Shown here in pieces: positions 55,855 through 64,000 of a stretch of DNA of 64,000 bases. Numbering within the stretch: the stretch's first letter is position 1; each line of letters starts with the position of its first letter. The notes under the pieces are model-generated. The model saw nothing but the letters and a program-made list of their open reading frames with translations, did no database searches and was not told the origin of the DNA. This DNA is from Clostridia bacterium (GTDB taxonomy: Bacteria > Bacillota > Clostridia > Christensenellales > CAG-314), in contig JAFVYC010000003.1 of NCBI GenBank assembly GCA_017500855.1, forward strand, positions 70,442 through 134,441. Direction: 5' to 3'. Made by a program: the position numbers and the translations under genes.

Positions 55855-57132
55855 TTACCTCATATAGCTTGCCTTGCCGGAGCCGTCTTTCAGTTCCATT
55901 TTGCGAAGGGAGTTTTCTGCCAACTTTTCCACAGGTGCACGAAGCGCCAACGTGGACAAAATGCTGATTGCGTAGTTGGCAACCATGTAGATGGCAAATG
56001 CGCCGGTGTACATAAATCCGAAAACTGCCATCATCAAAGGCATGGTGACAAGCATCATTTTGTTTTGCGTTTGTTGTTGAGTGTTGCTGGTGTCGCCTTG
56101 TCTCTTTTTGTTTTCCAACTTTTGGGAAATGAACATGGACAGGAAGGACAAACCTACCGAAAGCAATGGCAAAATCATCAAACCATTCCAACTGCCGTTT
56201 TGGCTACGGGTGGAAGTGGAAAGCACGGTTTCACGAATTGCATTGTAGGTGTTGCGACCGTTTGAGCCAAAGTTGTCCAAAGTTACCTTGGCGGTGAATT
56301 CTTCGTAGGTGGGCATGATGGGCGCCCAAGTGTCCGGTTGCCAAATGTTTTGTAGCCACAACCAACTTTCGTGATGGTTTTGGTAGTAGTTTGCAACGGC
56401 GTCCAAAGCCACTTGTTTGTAGGCTTCGGCTTTGTTGGCATCCAGTTTGTACATTTCTTCAACTGCGGAAATTTTTGCGTTGATTTCCACCTTGAAAGTG
56501 TCCACTTGTTGACCTTCGGCAGTTGTTGCTTGTTCAGCATCCAACAAACTTTGGTACTTTTGGTCGTAGATTTCTTGGTATTGTGCGCCAAGGGCATCGT
56601 CTGCCAAAAATTGTTGGTGGAAACTGTCGTAGTACTGTTGGGAAAGCGCCTTGAAGTCGTTCACGCTACTGTAGGTGGAGTAGTTTGTCAAACCACCGAA
56701 CATGTAGAAGAAAACAACCATGGTGATGATCATTGGCAAGCACATTGTCAAGCCACCCATTTGGTACTTTTGGTACAATTTGTTTTTTTCCTGTTGGGCA
56801 CGTTGGGTGTCTTTGCCAAAACGCTTGTCGATGTCTTCAATCAAGGGCTGAATTTTTTGTGTTTTCAAGGAAGTTTGCCTGCTGGTGTAGCGTTGCCAAA
56901 AATCCAACGGAAGCATGAACAGCTTCAAAAACACCGTGAACACAACAACAGTCCATCCGTAGTTGCCAATCCAGCTGTGCATCCAACGGATAAGGTTGCC
57001 AACAAGCCCAAGGTTTTCGTCCGAGTAGTCGAAAATGTTGGTGATTTGTTGCCTTGCACAACCGGTAAACAACACAAGGGATAGCGCCAGCATTGCAACC
57101 AGCGCAAGTGTTAGTTTTTGTTTAGATTTCAT
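55855..57132 (-). CDS. yidC: Membrane protein insertase YidC/SpoIIIJ (lipoprotein type, unusually long)
   Basis: Lipobox LFTGC and the conserved C-terminal TM bundle (PLMMAVFGFMYTGAFAIYMVANY). GGAGACGAA RBS before ATG 57132. Confidence 0.9.
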   Translation of the reverse strand: MKSKQKLTLALVAMLALSLVLFTGCARQQITNIFDYSDENLGLVGNLIRWMHSWIGNYGWTVVVFTVFLKLFMLPLDFWQRYTSRQTSLKTQKIQPLIEDIDKRFGKDTQRAQQEKNKLYQKYQMGGLTMCLPMIITMVVFFYMFGGLTNYSTYSSVNDFKALSQQYYDSFHQQFLADDALGAQYQEIYDQKYQSLLDAEQATTAEGQQVDTFKVEINAKISAVEEMYKLDANKAEAYKQVALDAVANYYQNHHESWLWLQNIWQPDTWAPIMPTYEEFTAKVTLDNFGSNGRNTYNAIRETVLSTSTRSQNGSWNGLMILPLLSVGLSFLSMFISQKLENKKRQGDTSNTQQQTQNKMMLVTMPLMMAVFGFMYTGAFAIYMVANYAISILSTLALRAPVEKLAENSLRKMELKDGSGKASYMR

Positions 57133-57156
57133 TTCGTCTCCTATACTTTTGCACAA

Positions 57157-57405
57157 CTACACAAACCACTTGGCTTGGCCTTTGAGGTTTGTTGGAACAG
57201 GGTCAAATCCGCCCTTGCCCCAAGGCGCACAACGGCACAGCCTTTTGAGTGTGAGCCAACTGCCAACAAAAAAGCCGTGTTGTTGGTAGGCCTCCATGGA
57301 GTACACCGAGCAACTTGGCGTGTAGATGCACCGTTTGCCCCCTTTCCACTTGGAAAGCGTGGCTTTGTACAATCTGAGCAATGCAATGCAAATGTGTTTC
57401 ATCAC
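57157..57405 (-). CDS. yidD: Membrane protein insertion efficiency factor YidD
   Basis: CIYTPSCSVYSMEAYQQHG...RLCRCAPWGKGGFDPVP. Confidence 0.85.
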   Translation of the reverse strand: MMKHICIALLRLYKATLSKWKGGKRCIYTPSCSVYSMEAYQQHGFFVGSWLTLKRLCRCAPWGKGGFDPVPTNLKGQAKWFV

Positions 57406-57737
57406 TTCACAAGACCTGCACGTGCAAACAATTTTTGCGTGCTTGTGGAAACTTCTTCAAAAGTGTAGGCATGGCCTTGCCTGCGTGGAATAAGCACAAC
57501 GTTGTAGCCTTTTGCCACGTTGGGCATCATTGGGCCAACAACGGCTTTCATTTGCCTGCGAATTCGGTTGCGTTGCACGGCGTGGCCAAACTTTTTGCTA
57601 ACGGAAAAGCCAACTTTGGTTTGAGCCACGTTACTTTTGCAAAACAGCAACACAAAATTTTTGTCTGCCACACTTTTGGAATGTTTGTAGACGTAGTTGT
57701 ACTGAAAGTTTTTTTTGAGCCTATAGACAGACTTCAA
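57402..57737 (-). CDS. rnpA: Ribonuclease P protein component
   Basis: VGFSVSKKFGHAVQRNRIRRQMK (RNR motif). Lies between rpmH and yidD. Confidence 0.9.
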   Translation of the reverse strand: MKSVYRLKKNFQYNYVYKHSKSVADKNFVLLFCKSNVAQTKVGFSVSKKFGHAVQRNRIRRQMKAVVGPMMPNVAKGYNVVLIPRRQGHAYTFEEVSTSTQKLFARAGLVK

Positions 57738-57752
57738 GCTTGTTGTCCTCTA

Positions 57753-57887
57753 CTATGCGGAGAGAGAGTGGCGACCCTTGTTTCTTCTTCTTGCCAAAAC
57801 ACGTCTTCCGCCGGTTGTCTTCATTCTTGCTCTGAAACCGTGAACTTTGCTTCTTTGTCTTTTCTTGGGTTGGTAGGTTCTTTTCAT
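57753..57887 (-). CDS. rpmH: 50S ribosomal protein L34 (44 aa)
   Basis: My own translation: [57 protein letters not shown] lies upstream. The ORF track shows only an out-of-frame ORF here. Confidence 0.95.
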   Translation of the reverse strand: MKRTYQPKKRQRSKVHGFRARMKTTGGRRVLARRRNKGRHSLSA

Positions 57888-58383
57888 TTTCGTTTCTCCT
57901 TATTCGTAGCGCATTTTTGCGCTGTGATACTGTGATTTTGCTTGGAAAGTGCAAATTGGCACACACTTCCACGATAGCATTCACCCTATTTTAGCAAATA
58001 CAACACACAAAGTCAAGTGTTTGCGTAGCAAAGAGCAATTTTTCGGGGCAATTTTCCTGCCGATTTTGCAAAGAAAAGTGCGACAAAAGGCATTTTTTTG
58101 CCAATTTTCTTCCTGTGGCAAGTTGACGTGGTTGTTCGTGCGGAAATTGTGATGCAAAAACGTGGCGCACAAAGGGGAATTTGCCAACTGCGGAAAGTTG
58201 ACGTTGATGTTTTTCAAGGCTGTTGGCGCAAATGCAACCAAGTAGCCAAAACTTTGCCAACGTTGGTTGTGCAGGGCGGAATTGGTGGCAACGGTGGCGT
58301 GGGTGTTGTTTGGTGGTGGAATTGACAAAAAAAAGGAAATTTTGCGCCGAATGCAAAAAGTGCCGTCACAGGCAATGCAATTG

Positions 58384-58412
58384 TTGAAAACTTTTTGCTT
58401 TTGTGCTATAAT
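58384..58412 (+). promoter_or_regulatory. Sigma-A-type promoter abutting the MBL-fold gene start
   Basis: TTGAAA, 17-nt spacer, TATAAT. The -10 ends 9 nt before ATG 58422 and no SD is present. Confidence 0.6.
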
Positions 58413-58421
58413 GGCAGTACT

Positions 58422-59192
58422 ATGATCAAACTTACTTCGCTGTTCTCCGGGAGCAAGGGGAATTGCACGCTTATTCAATGCCAACAAACCAACGTTTTGC
58501 TGGATCTTGGTGGCACGTGTCGCAGTGTTTTGCACAATTTGCAGGAAATGGAGTTGTCGCCAACGGACGTTTCGGCAATTGTGGTAACGCACGAACACTC
58601 CGACCACATCGGGGCGCTTTGCGCCTGGCAAAAAAAGTGGCAAACGCCTGTGTTTGCGCCAAAGTCAATTGCCAAGGTTGTTGCCGAGCGTTGCCTTTGC
58701 AACGTTTTGCCCATCGACGGCAGTTTTTGCGTGGGCGAACTTTTGGTGGAAACCTACGCTTGCAGTCACGACTCGGCATGTTGCTTTGGCTACAGGTTTT
58801 CGTGCGGTGGCGAGGCTGTTGCATCCGTTACCGACACAGGCTGTTTTGGGCAGGAATTGGTGGATTTTTTGTACCCCTGCCGAACAATTCAGTTGGAAAG
58901 CAACCACGACGAAAACATGGTTTTGCAAGGCCCGTACCCCGCAGTTTTGAAAAAACGCATACTGTCGGCAACGGGGCATTTGTCTAACGAGCAAGCAACG
59001 CAAGTGTTGCAAAAGCTTATTGGAAGCAACGTCAAGAACGTGGTGCTTGCCCACCTTTCCGAGCAAAACAACACGGCGGAATTGGCTTTCAACACAGCCA
59101 TCAAAATGTACTCTCGCTACAATTTGGTGGAAGGGCACCACATCAACGTTTTTGTGGCGCAACAAAACAAAAGGAGCGTAACTATTGAATAA
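58422..59192 (+). CDS. MBL-fold metallo-hydrolase (YycJ/WalJ-like)
   Basis: LFSGSKGNCTLIQ and the VVTHEHSDHIG (HxHxDH) motif. Confidence 0.85.
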   Translation: MIKLTSLFSGSKGNCTLIQCQQTNVLLDLGGTCRSVLHNLQEMELSPTDVSAIVVTHEHSDHIGALCAWQKKWQTPVFAPKSIAKVVAERCLCNVLPIDGSFCVGELLVETYACSHDSACCFGYRFSCGGEAVASVTDTGCFGQELVDFLYPCRTIQLESNHDENMVLQGPYPAVLKKRILSATGHLSNEQATQVLQKLIGSNVKNVVLAHLSEQNNTAELAFNTAIKMYSRYNLVEGHHINVFVAQQNKRSVTIE

Positions 59193-60045
59193 CTACTTTA
59201 CAAAAAAAGACGGGCAACTGCTGTTTGTTTTTGCTGTGGTTGCAAGCGTGCTGATGTCGCTGGTTGTCGGCTCGATGGACGTGTTTGTCAATGCCGAACC
59301 GGGAACGGTTGCCTACTGGACGGCGCAAATTGCCTACTCGCTGAGCATTGGCTTTGTGGCAATTGTGTACGCCCAAGTGACGCAAAAAAATCTTGTTGTT
59401 TGCGCAAAAATCAACCACGCCCCCAACGTTTTGCACGTTTTGTGCGTGTGTTTGGCAACGACTTTTCTTGTGTTCTTTTCCACTCCCGTCAACGCTTTGT
59501 TCGTGCAACTGTTGGAAAACTTGGGGCTTAACCGCCCGTCGGTGGACTTGCCTTTGCAATGGCCAATGTTGATTGTGGTTGTTGGAATTGTGGCACCCGT
59601 CACCGAAGAATTGCTGTTTCGTGGCGCAATGACAAGTGGGCTTGCCGACAGCAATCCGTGGCACGCCGTGTTACTTTCCGGGTTGACTTTTGCGTTGTTC
59701 CACATGAACCCTGCGCAACTTTTGCACCAGTTTGTGTTTGGATGCGTGCTTGCATTTGCAATGCTTCGCAGTGGAAGCGTGTGGGTGCCTGTGATTGGTC
59801 ACATGTTCAACAATTTGCTTGCGCTGTTGTTGATGGCGCTCAACGTGGAAACTTGGATTGCACAAAACGTGCTGTTGTGCATTGTTGTTGGCGCAATTGG
59901 GGCAGGCGTGGTGCTGTTTTTGTACGCAAAGCACACCAATTGGAAGTGCCAAAGCACCAAAACAGAAGGGCAAGCAAACGTGTTTTTTGTGTTGGCAATG
60001 GTGTTTTGCGCCTTCATTGGCGCATTATCTCTTTTCGTGGGGTAG
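59185..60045 (+). CDS. CPBP family intramembrane glutamic endopeptidase (CAAX protease-like)
   Basis: EELLFRG, FALFHM and HMFNN motifs. TTG start 8 nt after AAGGAG. Confidence 0.85.
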   Translation: MNNYFTKKDGQLLFVFAVVASVLMSLVVGSMDVFVNAEPGTVAYWTAQIAYSLSIGFVAIVYAQVTQKNLVVCAKINHAPNVLHVLCVCLATTFLVFFSTPVNALFVQLLENLGLNRPSVDLPLQWPMLIVVVGIVAPVTEELLFRGAMTSGLADSNPWHAVLLSGLTFALFHMNPAQLLHQFVFGCVLAFAMLRSGSVWVPVIGHMFNNLLALLLMALNVETWIAQNVLLCIVVGAIGAGVVLFLYAKHTNWKCQSTKTEGQANVFFVLAMVFCAFIGALSLFVG

Positions 60046-60048
60046 AAA

Positions 60049-60519
60049 ATGAAAATTCGCATTGTAGCAGTTGGAAAAATCAAGGAAAATTTCTTTCGGG
60101 ATGCGCTTGCCGAGTACACAAAGCGACTGTCGGCATTTGCCACAACGGAAATTGTGGAAGTTGCCGAATGTACTTTTTCCGGCACGCCCAACGCCAAGGA
60201 AATTGAAAAAATAATTGCAACGGAAGGCAAGGATATTCTTGCCAAGACGGAAGGTTGCCTTGTTGCATTGGATATCGACGGCAAAATGCTGTCCAGCACG
60301 GAACTTTCGCAAAAAATTGAAAACATCAAGCAAAGTTTTTCCACAATCACCTTTGTTATTGGTGGAAGCCACGGCTTGTGGCAGGAAGTAAAAAACCGTG
60401 CCAACTTGCGCTTGTCCTTTGGCAAAATAACTTTGCCACACCAATTGTGCCGAGTTGTGCTTGCCGAGCAAGTGTACCGTGCTTGTTGCATTGCCAACAA
60501 CTTGCCCTACCACAAGTAG
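60049..60519 (+). CDS. rlmH: 23S rRNA (pseudouridine1915-N3)-methyltransferase RlmH
   Basis: MKIRIVAVGKIKE...FVIGGSHGL...LSFGKITLPHQLCRVVLAEQVYRA. Confidence 0.95.
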   Translation: MKIRIVAVGKIKENFFRDALAEYTKRLSAFATTEIVEVAECTFSGTPNAKEIEKIIATEGKDILAKTEGCLVALDIDGKMLSSTELSQKIENIKQSFSTITFVIGGSHGLWQEVKNRANLRLSFGKITLPHQLCRVVLAEQVYRACCIANNLPYHK

Positions 60520-60536
60520 AAAAAATTGACTGATTT

Positions 60537-60582
60537 GAGCAAACTCTAGGGGACGTCCCCCAAAAAAGTTTGCTCTTTTTGT
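60537..60582 (+). terminator. Intrinsic terminator of rlmH
   Basis: GAGCAAACT / AGTTTGCTC stem enclosing the GGGGACGTCCCC palindrome, followed by a T-run. Confidence 0.7.
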
Positions 60583-60824
60583 TTGCAAAACGTCAATTGT
60601 GTGGCAACGCATGGCGTAACTTTTGTCATTACGCACGGCAAAATTCACAACACGGGCGTGGGATTTAACAACAAACCACGCATTGGCAAAAAGATATTCG
60701 TGCTACTGCCTTGCAAATTTCCCATCAAAATTGCAACAAGCACCCGTGGGGCACGCCAGCATTGTTTTTTTGCACGTTGCAACATTCAACTCAAGTTGCA
60801 AACCGTCTTTTTGCTCCGTGGGGC

Positions 60825-60861
60825 TTGACAAATCCAAATAATGTGCTACAATAGGTATAAT
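60825..60861 (+). promoter_or_regulatory. Sigma-A-type promoter(s)
   Basis: TTGACA, 16-nt spacer, TACAAT, with a second TATAAT 4 nt downstream. Confidence 0.5.
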
Positions 60862-60937
60862 AGTGAAAGTTTGCGCATTTTTGGTGCGCACAAGCAAATT
60901 GGGCGCATTGCCCACTACATTATATTTTGGAACAACT

Positions 60938-62572
60938 ATGGAAAAAATACTAACACCGCAAGCGTTGTGGAGTGATTTCAACCCCGACGCCGAACAACTT
61001 GAAATAAACGTTGTGGACACCTTCGAAACAGCCGACGTTATCGTGCGCAGGCTGTACTTCACAGGTCGCAACTTCCCAAGTGGCAACAAAACACGTGTTT
61101 TTGCAACGCTTTGCACCAAAAAAACGGGCGTTTCCAAGCGTGGCATGATTGTTGTGGACGACTACAAAAAGCCACTCAATTTGGATGAACTTGTGTACTG
61201 GACGAAGAAGGGATTTTCCACCATCGGCATCGACTACGCAGGCCGTTGCCAAACGGGTTTTTGCACAATCTACCCCAAGGAATTGACCTACTGCAATGCG
61301 TTGGATGCCAAGGACGTTTTCCACATTGAAGATTCGGCAAAAAACACCAAACTGTACCAGTACGCTTTGAACACAATGCGTGCCATTTCCGTGTTGAAGG
61401 AATTTGTTGCCACAACAACAATTTCCGTGCTTACCGTGGGCAAGGGCTCGCTTGTGGGCAACATCGTTTTGGGGCAGGACAAGCGTGTTACCAACGGCAT
61501 TGTTGTGTTTGGCGACTTGTACCTCGACTACGCCTACGAAAGAAGTTTTTCCGTAGACAAAGTCAACAGCGAAGAACTCAAATCGCACCTTCTTTCCGAC
61601 GAAAAGAAACAAATGTGGGTGGCAGGTTTGAGCCCACAAAGCAACGTTGTCAACATTTCCGTGCCCATCTACGCAATTTGCTCCGGCAACAGCCACTACG
61701 TCAGGGTGCAAGACACGTGCCACACCTTCACACGCATCGAAAACAAGCAAAGTCGCATTCTCATTTTGCCACGAGTGCTGGATTATCTTCCCGAAGAGTA
61801 CTGCAAGTGCATTGTGCGTTGGTGCAAGGGCGAACAAGTCGAGAACGACATTGCCATTTCTTCCGACGACGGTGGCAACACAATCAAGGTAAAAACGGAA
61901 ATTCCACAGGAAAAACTCTCGCTGTGGTATTGCCGTAACATTGGCGCAAACACCAACCATTGGGTGAGCGCAAAACTTTCGGCAGGGGACGGTTGCTACG
62001 TTGCAACGCCCAAGCACTTCCAAAAGAACGGCAGTTTGTCGGTGTTCGTCATGGCGGAAACGCCCGTTGCAATGTGCACACCCATTGTGGAAATTGCCGT
62101 GGAAAACGCACAAAAAGTTGGCATTGCCAACAGCATTTTGTACTCCAACGGCATGGAAGAACGCTTTGTCAGCGCTTTTCGTGACGCAAGCTGGCACGGA
62201 GATTTCGCACCCGTGGTGGCAAAAAAGGGCTACTTGGACATTGTTGGCGCACAAGGCACGCAATTCATCACTTTTGCCCTTCACGACAGTTGCTTGAAGT
62301 ACACCAAACCCATCACAGCCACTTTCGACGTGTGTTGCGACACAAAGCAACAACTGCTGTTGACCGTTGTGTGCGGTTTTGGCACCGACAACGTTTCCTA
62401 CCAACAGGCTGTGGACTTGGACGGCCTTGGCAAGTGGCAACGCATCACAGTTGACTTCACAAACTTCCGCAGGGTTTCCGACGGAAGGCTCATCCCCCCG
62501 GACAGCCAAGTTGACTTGCTTGGTTTCCATGCGCAAAGCAAATTTATCATCAACAACATTTTCTTGGTATGA
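60938..62572 (+). CDS. Hypothetical protein (544 aa), family not recognised
   Basis: Long ORF with host-type codon usage. The start is taken as ATG 60938; GTG 60863 is possible. Confidence 0.6.
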   Translation: MEKILTPQALWSDFNPDAEQLEINVVDTFETADVIVRRLYFTGRNFPSGNKTRVFATLCTKKTGVSKRGMIVVDDYKKPLNLDELVYWTKKGFSTIGIDYAGRCQTGFCTIYPKELTYCNALDAKDVFHIEDSAKNTKLYQYALNTMRAISVLKEFVATTTISVLTVGKGSLVGNIVLGQDKRVTNGIVVFGDLYLDYAYERSFSVDKVNSEELKSHLLSDEKKQMWVAGLSPQSNVVNISVPIYAICSGNSHYVRVQDTCHTFTRIENKQSRILILPRVLDYLPEEYCKCIVRWCKGEQVENDIAISSDDGGNTIKVKTEIPQEKLSLWYCRNIGANTNHWVSAKLSAGDGCYVATPKHFQKNGSLSVFVMAETPVAMCTPIVEIAVENAQKVGIANSILYSNGMEERFVSAFRDASWHGDFAPVVAKKGYLDIVGAQGTQFITFALHDSCLKYTKPITATFDVCCDTKQQLLLTVVCGFGTDNVSYQQAVDLDGLGKWQRITVDFTNFRRVSDGRLIPPDSQVDLLGFHAQSKFIINNIFLV

Positions 62573-62745
62573 CAAAATTCAACGTAGGCGACAGCGTTTG
62601 CACACGCAAGCCACACGCATGTGGCAACAACAAGTGGACTGTGCTTCGTGTTGGCGCAGACTACAAAATTCAATGCGAAAAATGTGGGCACGTGGTCATG
62701 CTTTCCAGCGAAAAGTTTCGCAAGGCGGTGAAAGATGCAAACTGA
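62569..62745 (+). CDS. DUF951 family protein (YyzM-like, 58 aa)
   Basis: My own translation: [58 protein letters not shown]. Resembles B. subtilis YyzM. Overlaps both neighbours. Not in the ORF track. Confidence 0.8.
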   Translation: MTKFNVGDSVCTRKPHACGNNKWTVLRVGADYKIQCEKCGHVVMLSSEKFRKAVKDAN

Positions 62746-63361
62746 CGTTTCCACACAAAACACGCAACCCGTGGTGCAAAATTCCACAAATAAACGCATC
62801 AGCAAAGTCATCGACGTGTTGCTGACGTTGGTCATTGTGGCGCTTGTGTGCCAAGTTGTGTTGCGCTTGTTTTTCTTCACAAGGGTAAAAGTGGAGCAAA
62901 ACTCCATGGAACCAACGTTGTTCAACGAACAAACGGTGTTCATCAACAAAACAAAACTGCCAACCCGTGGTGACGTCGTGGTGTTTTTCAAGGAGCCATC
63001 CAACAACAAGGTGCTGGACGGTTTCAACCCGGGGGTGCAAAAACTCATCAAGCGAGTTGTTGCAACGGAAGGGGATTGCGTTTGGGTGGAGCAACAATCA
63101 AACGGCAAGTACGCATTGTTTGTTGCCACTTCCACGGGCGAAATTTTGCAAGAAAACTACTACACGCACAACGGCAAGCCCTTGCAAGCCGATTTGCAAA
63201 TGGCCCACAACTTGGGCTGTTTGGCGCAAACAAGCAAGGCGCACCCCTTTGTTGTGCCACAGGGCTGTTTCTTTGCCTTGGGCGACAACCGAGAAGTCAG
63301 CATGGACAGCCGTCATTGGGGCGCATTTCCTGTTGAGCAGGTGCTGGGCGTTGTCATCTAG
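62735..63361 (+). CDS. lepB: Signal peptidase I
   Basis: NSMEPTL (catalytic Ser), GDVVVF, LIKRVVATEGD (catalytic Lys box) and GDNREVSMDSRHWG. Confidence 0.9.
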   Translation: MQTDVSTQNTQPVVQNSTNKRISKVIDVLLTLVIVALVCQVVLRLFFFTRVKVEQNSMEPTLFNEQTVFINKTKLPTRGDVVVFFKEPSNNKVLDGFNPGVQKLIKRVVATEGDCVWVEQQSNGKYALFVATSTGEILQENYYTHNGKPLQADLQMAHNLGCLAQTSKAHPFVVPQGCFFALGDNREVSMDSRHWGAFPVEQVLGVVI

Positions 63362-63438
63362 CAAGGCTAAACTTGCACCCCGTGTTGTCGAAAACGCACG
63401 TATTCAAAGGCAGTCAAAGGAAATTTGACCAAAAAAAC

Positions 63439-63466
63439 AAGGTGTGGAGTTTCCACACCTTTTGTT
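63439..63466 (+). terminator. Intrinsic terminator built from the TGTGGA motif
   Basis: AAGGTGTGGA-GTT-TCCACACCTT followed by TTG. Confidence 0.65.
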
Positions 63467-63926
63467 GTGTTTCTTTGCATTGCATACCCGTTTTCCATTT
63501 GACGTGGTGGTTTTTTCAACCACGTGGTGGCGTTTTGCTGTTTTTTTTGTTGGCAAAGAACACTTGTGTGTCGAGTTGTTTTGTGTTGCGCAAACAAATT
63601 TTTGCAAATGCGCTTTGTGTCTACGGCCCAATTTCGTTTGTTAAAAACAAATGCCGCAGCAAAAGTCACTTTGCTACCAAGTTTTGTGGCGTGTGTTTTC
63701 AACAACTTTGTGTTGTCGCAGGTGTCAATTTTGTCGTTTTTGTTGCATTGCCATTGCAACTTTGCACAACTAGGGCAATTTGCCGTCAAACAGGCAAAAA
63801 AGTCTACATTTCTTGCGCAAAAATTTCAAAATGCCTATTGACATTTGCGCAAAAGAATATTAAAATATTACTAGTAAAAATTTGGGCAAAGCACACCTTT
63901 GCTACATCTAATCACAGGAGAATGCA

Positions 63927-64000
63927 ATGAACTACCTTTCTAAGTACGAATTTTGGCTCAAACACGCAACCGACAGTTCCGTTGTGGAAAGTTTGCAAGC
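63927..64000 (+). CDS. 5' end of a CDS, possibly a phosphoglucomutase/phosphomannomutase-family gene (truncated by the window)
   Basis: AGGAGAA RBS. MNYLSKYEFWLKHATDSSVVESLQ resembles the N-termini of Firmicute PgcA-type mutases. Only 24 codons are visible. Confidence 0.35.
   Translation, partial: MNYLSKYEFWLKHATDSSVVESLQ

Noticed and set aside
57990-58383. The rpmH-upstream intergenic region as oriC.
   Set aside because: No perfect or 1-mismatch DnaA boxes were found by eye, only a duplicated AAGTTGACGT(G/T) string. The evidence is insufficient.

Overview
This window looks like an origin-proximal chromosome segment of a spore-forming Firmicute, probably a Clostridia-like anaerobe. That reading rests on yyaC, a gerA-type germinant receptor operon, the SCIFF peptide/maturase pair, addAB, and the dnaA / dnaN / rpmH-rnpA-yidD-yidC-jag genes. 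I call about 45 protein genes; three are shorter than 60 aa and absent from the ORF track (rpmH, SCIFF precursor scfA, DUF951). No tRNA, rRNA or CRISPR array was seen.

Host-type DNA has strongly A+C-rich sense strands and long GCAAAA-rich intergenic regions. This produces many long antisense shadow ORFs, which I rejected. Five visibly AT-richer segments with different codon usage stand out: about 1-1290, 6578-10870, 33680-35240, 40100-42050 and 53050-54900. They carry the accessory content.

Main points of interest:
1. An 1828-aa RHS polymorphic-toxin gene is co-transcribed with a GT92-like glycosyltransferase. It has a compositionally foreign C-terminal tip, a putative immunity gene, an orphan RHS fragment with a paralogous immunity gene, and an adjacent tyrosine recombinase.
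2. A second, roughly 87% identical orphan RHS fragment lies 19.4 kb away in inverted orientation. The two 259-bp inverted repeats therefore bracket a segment containing dnaA. A third copy of the 72-bp junction element forms direct repeats around a 1.4-kb cassette.
3. Gene order around the origin is atypical. dnaN is about 25 kb from dnaA, on the opposite strand, and has its own DnaA-box cluster. dnaA is convergent with the rpmH operon.
4. An AT-rich island carries a YdjG/YdjI-like zinc-ribbon + SPFH-GYF pair without pspA, a decayed M48 protease, and two riboswitch-like leaders of unrecognised class.
5. A TGTGGAA / CACGTG-centred motif family recurs in many intergenic regions and at island junctions.

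All coordinates were derived by hand. Hairpin and promoter limits are accurate to a few nucleotides. No database search or folding computation was possible.
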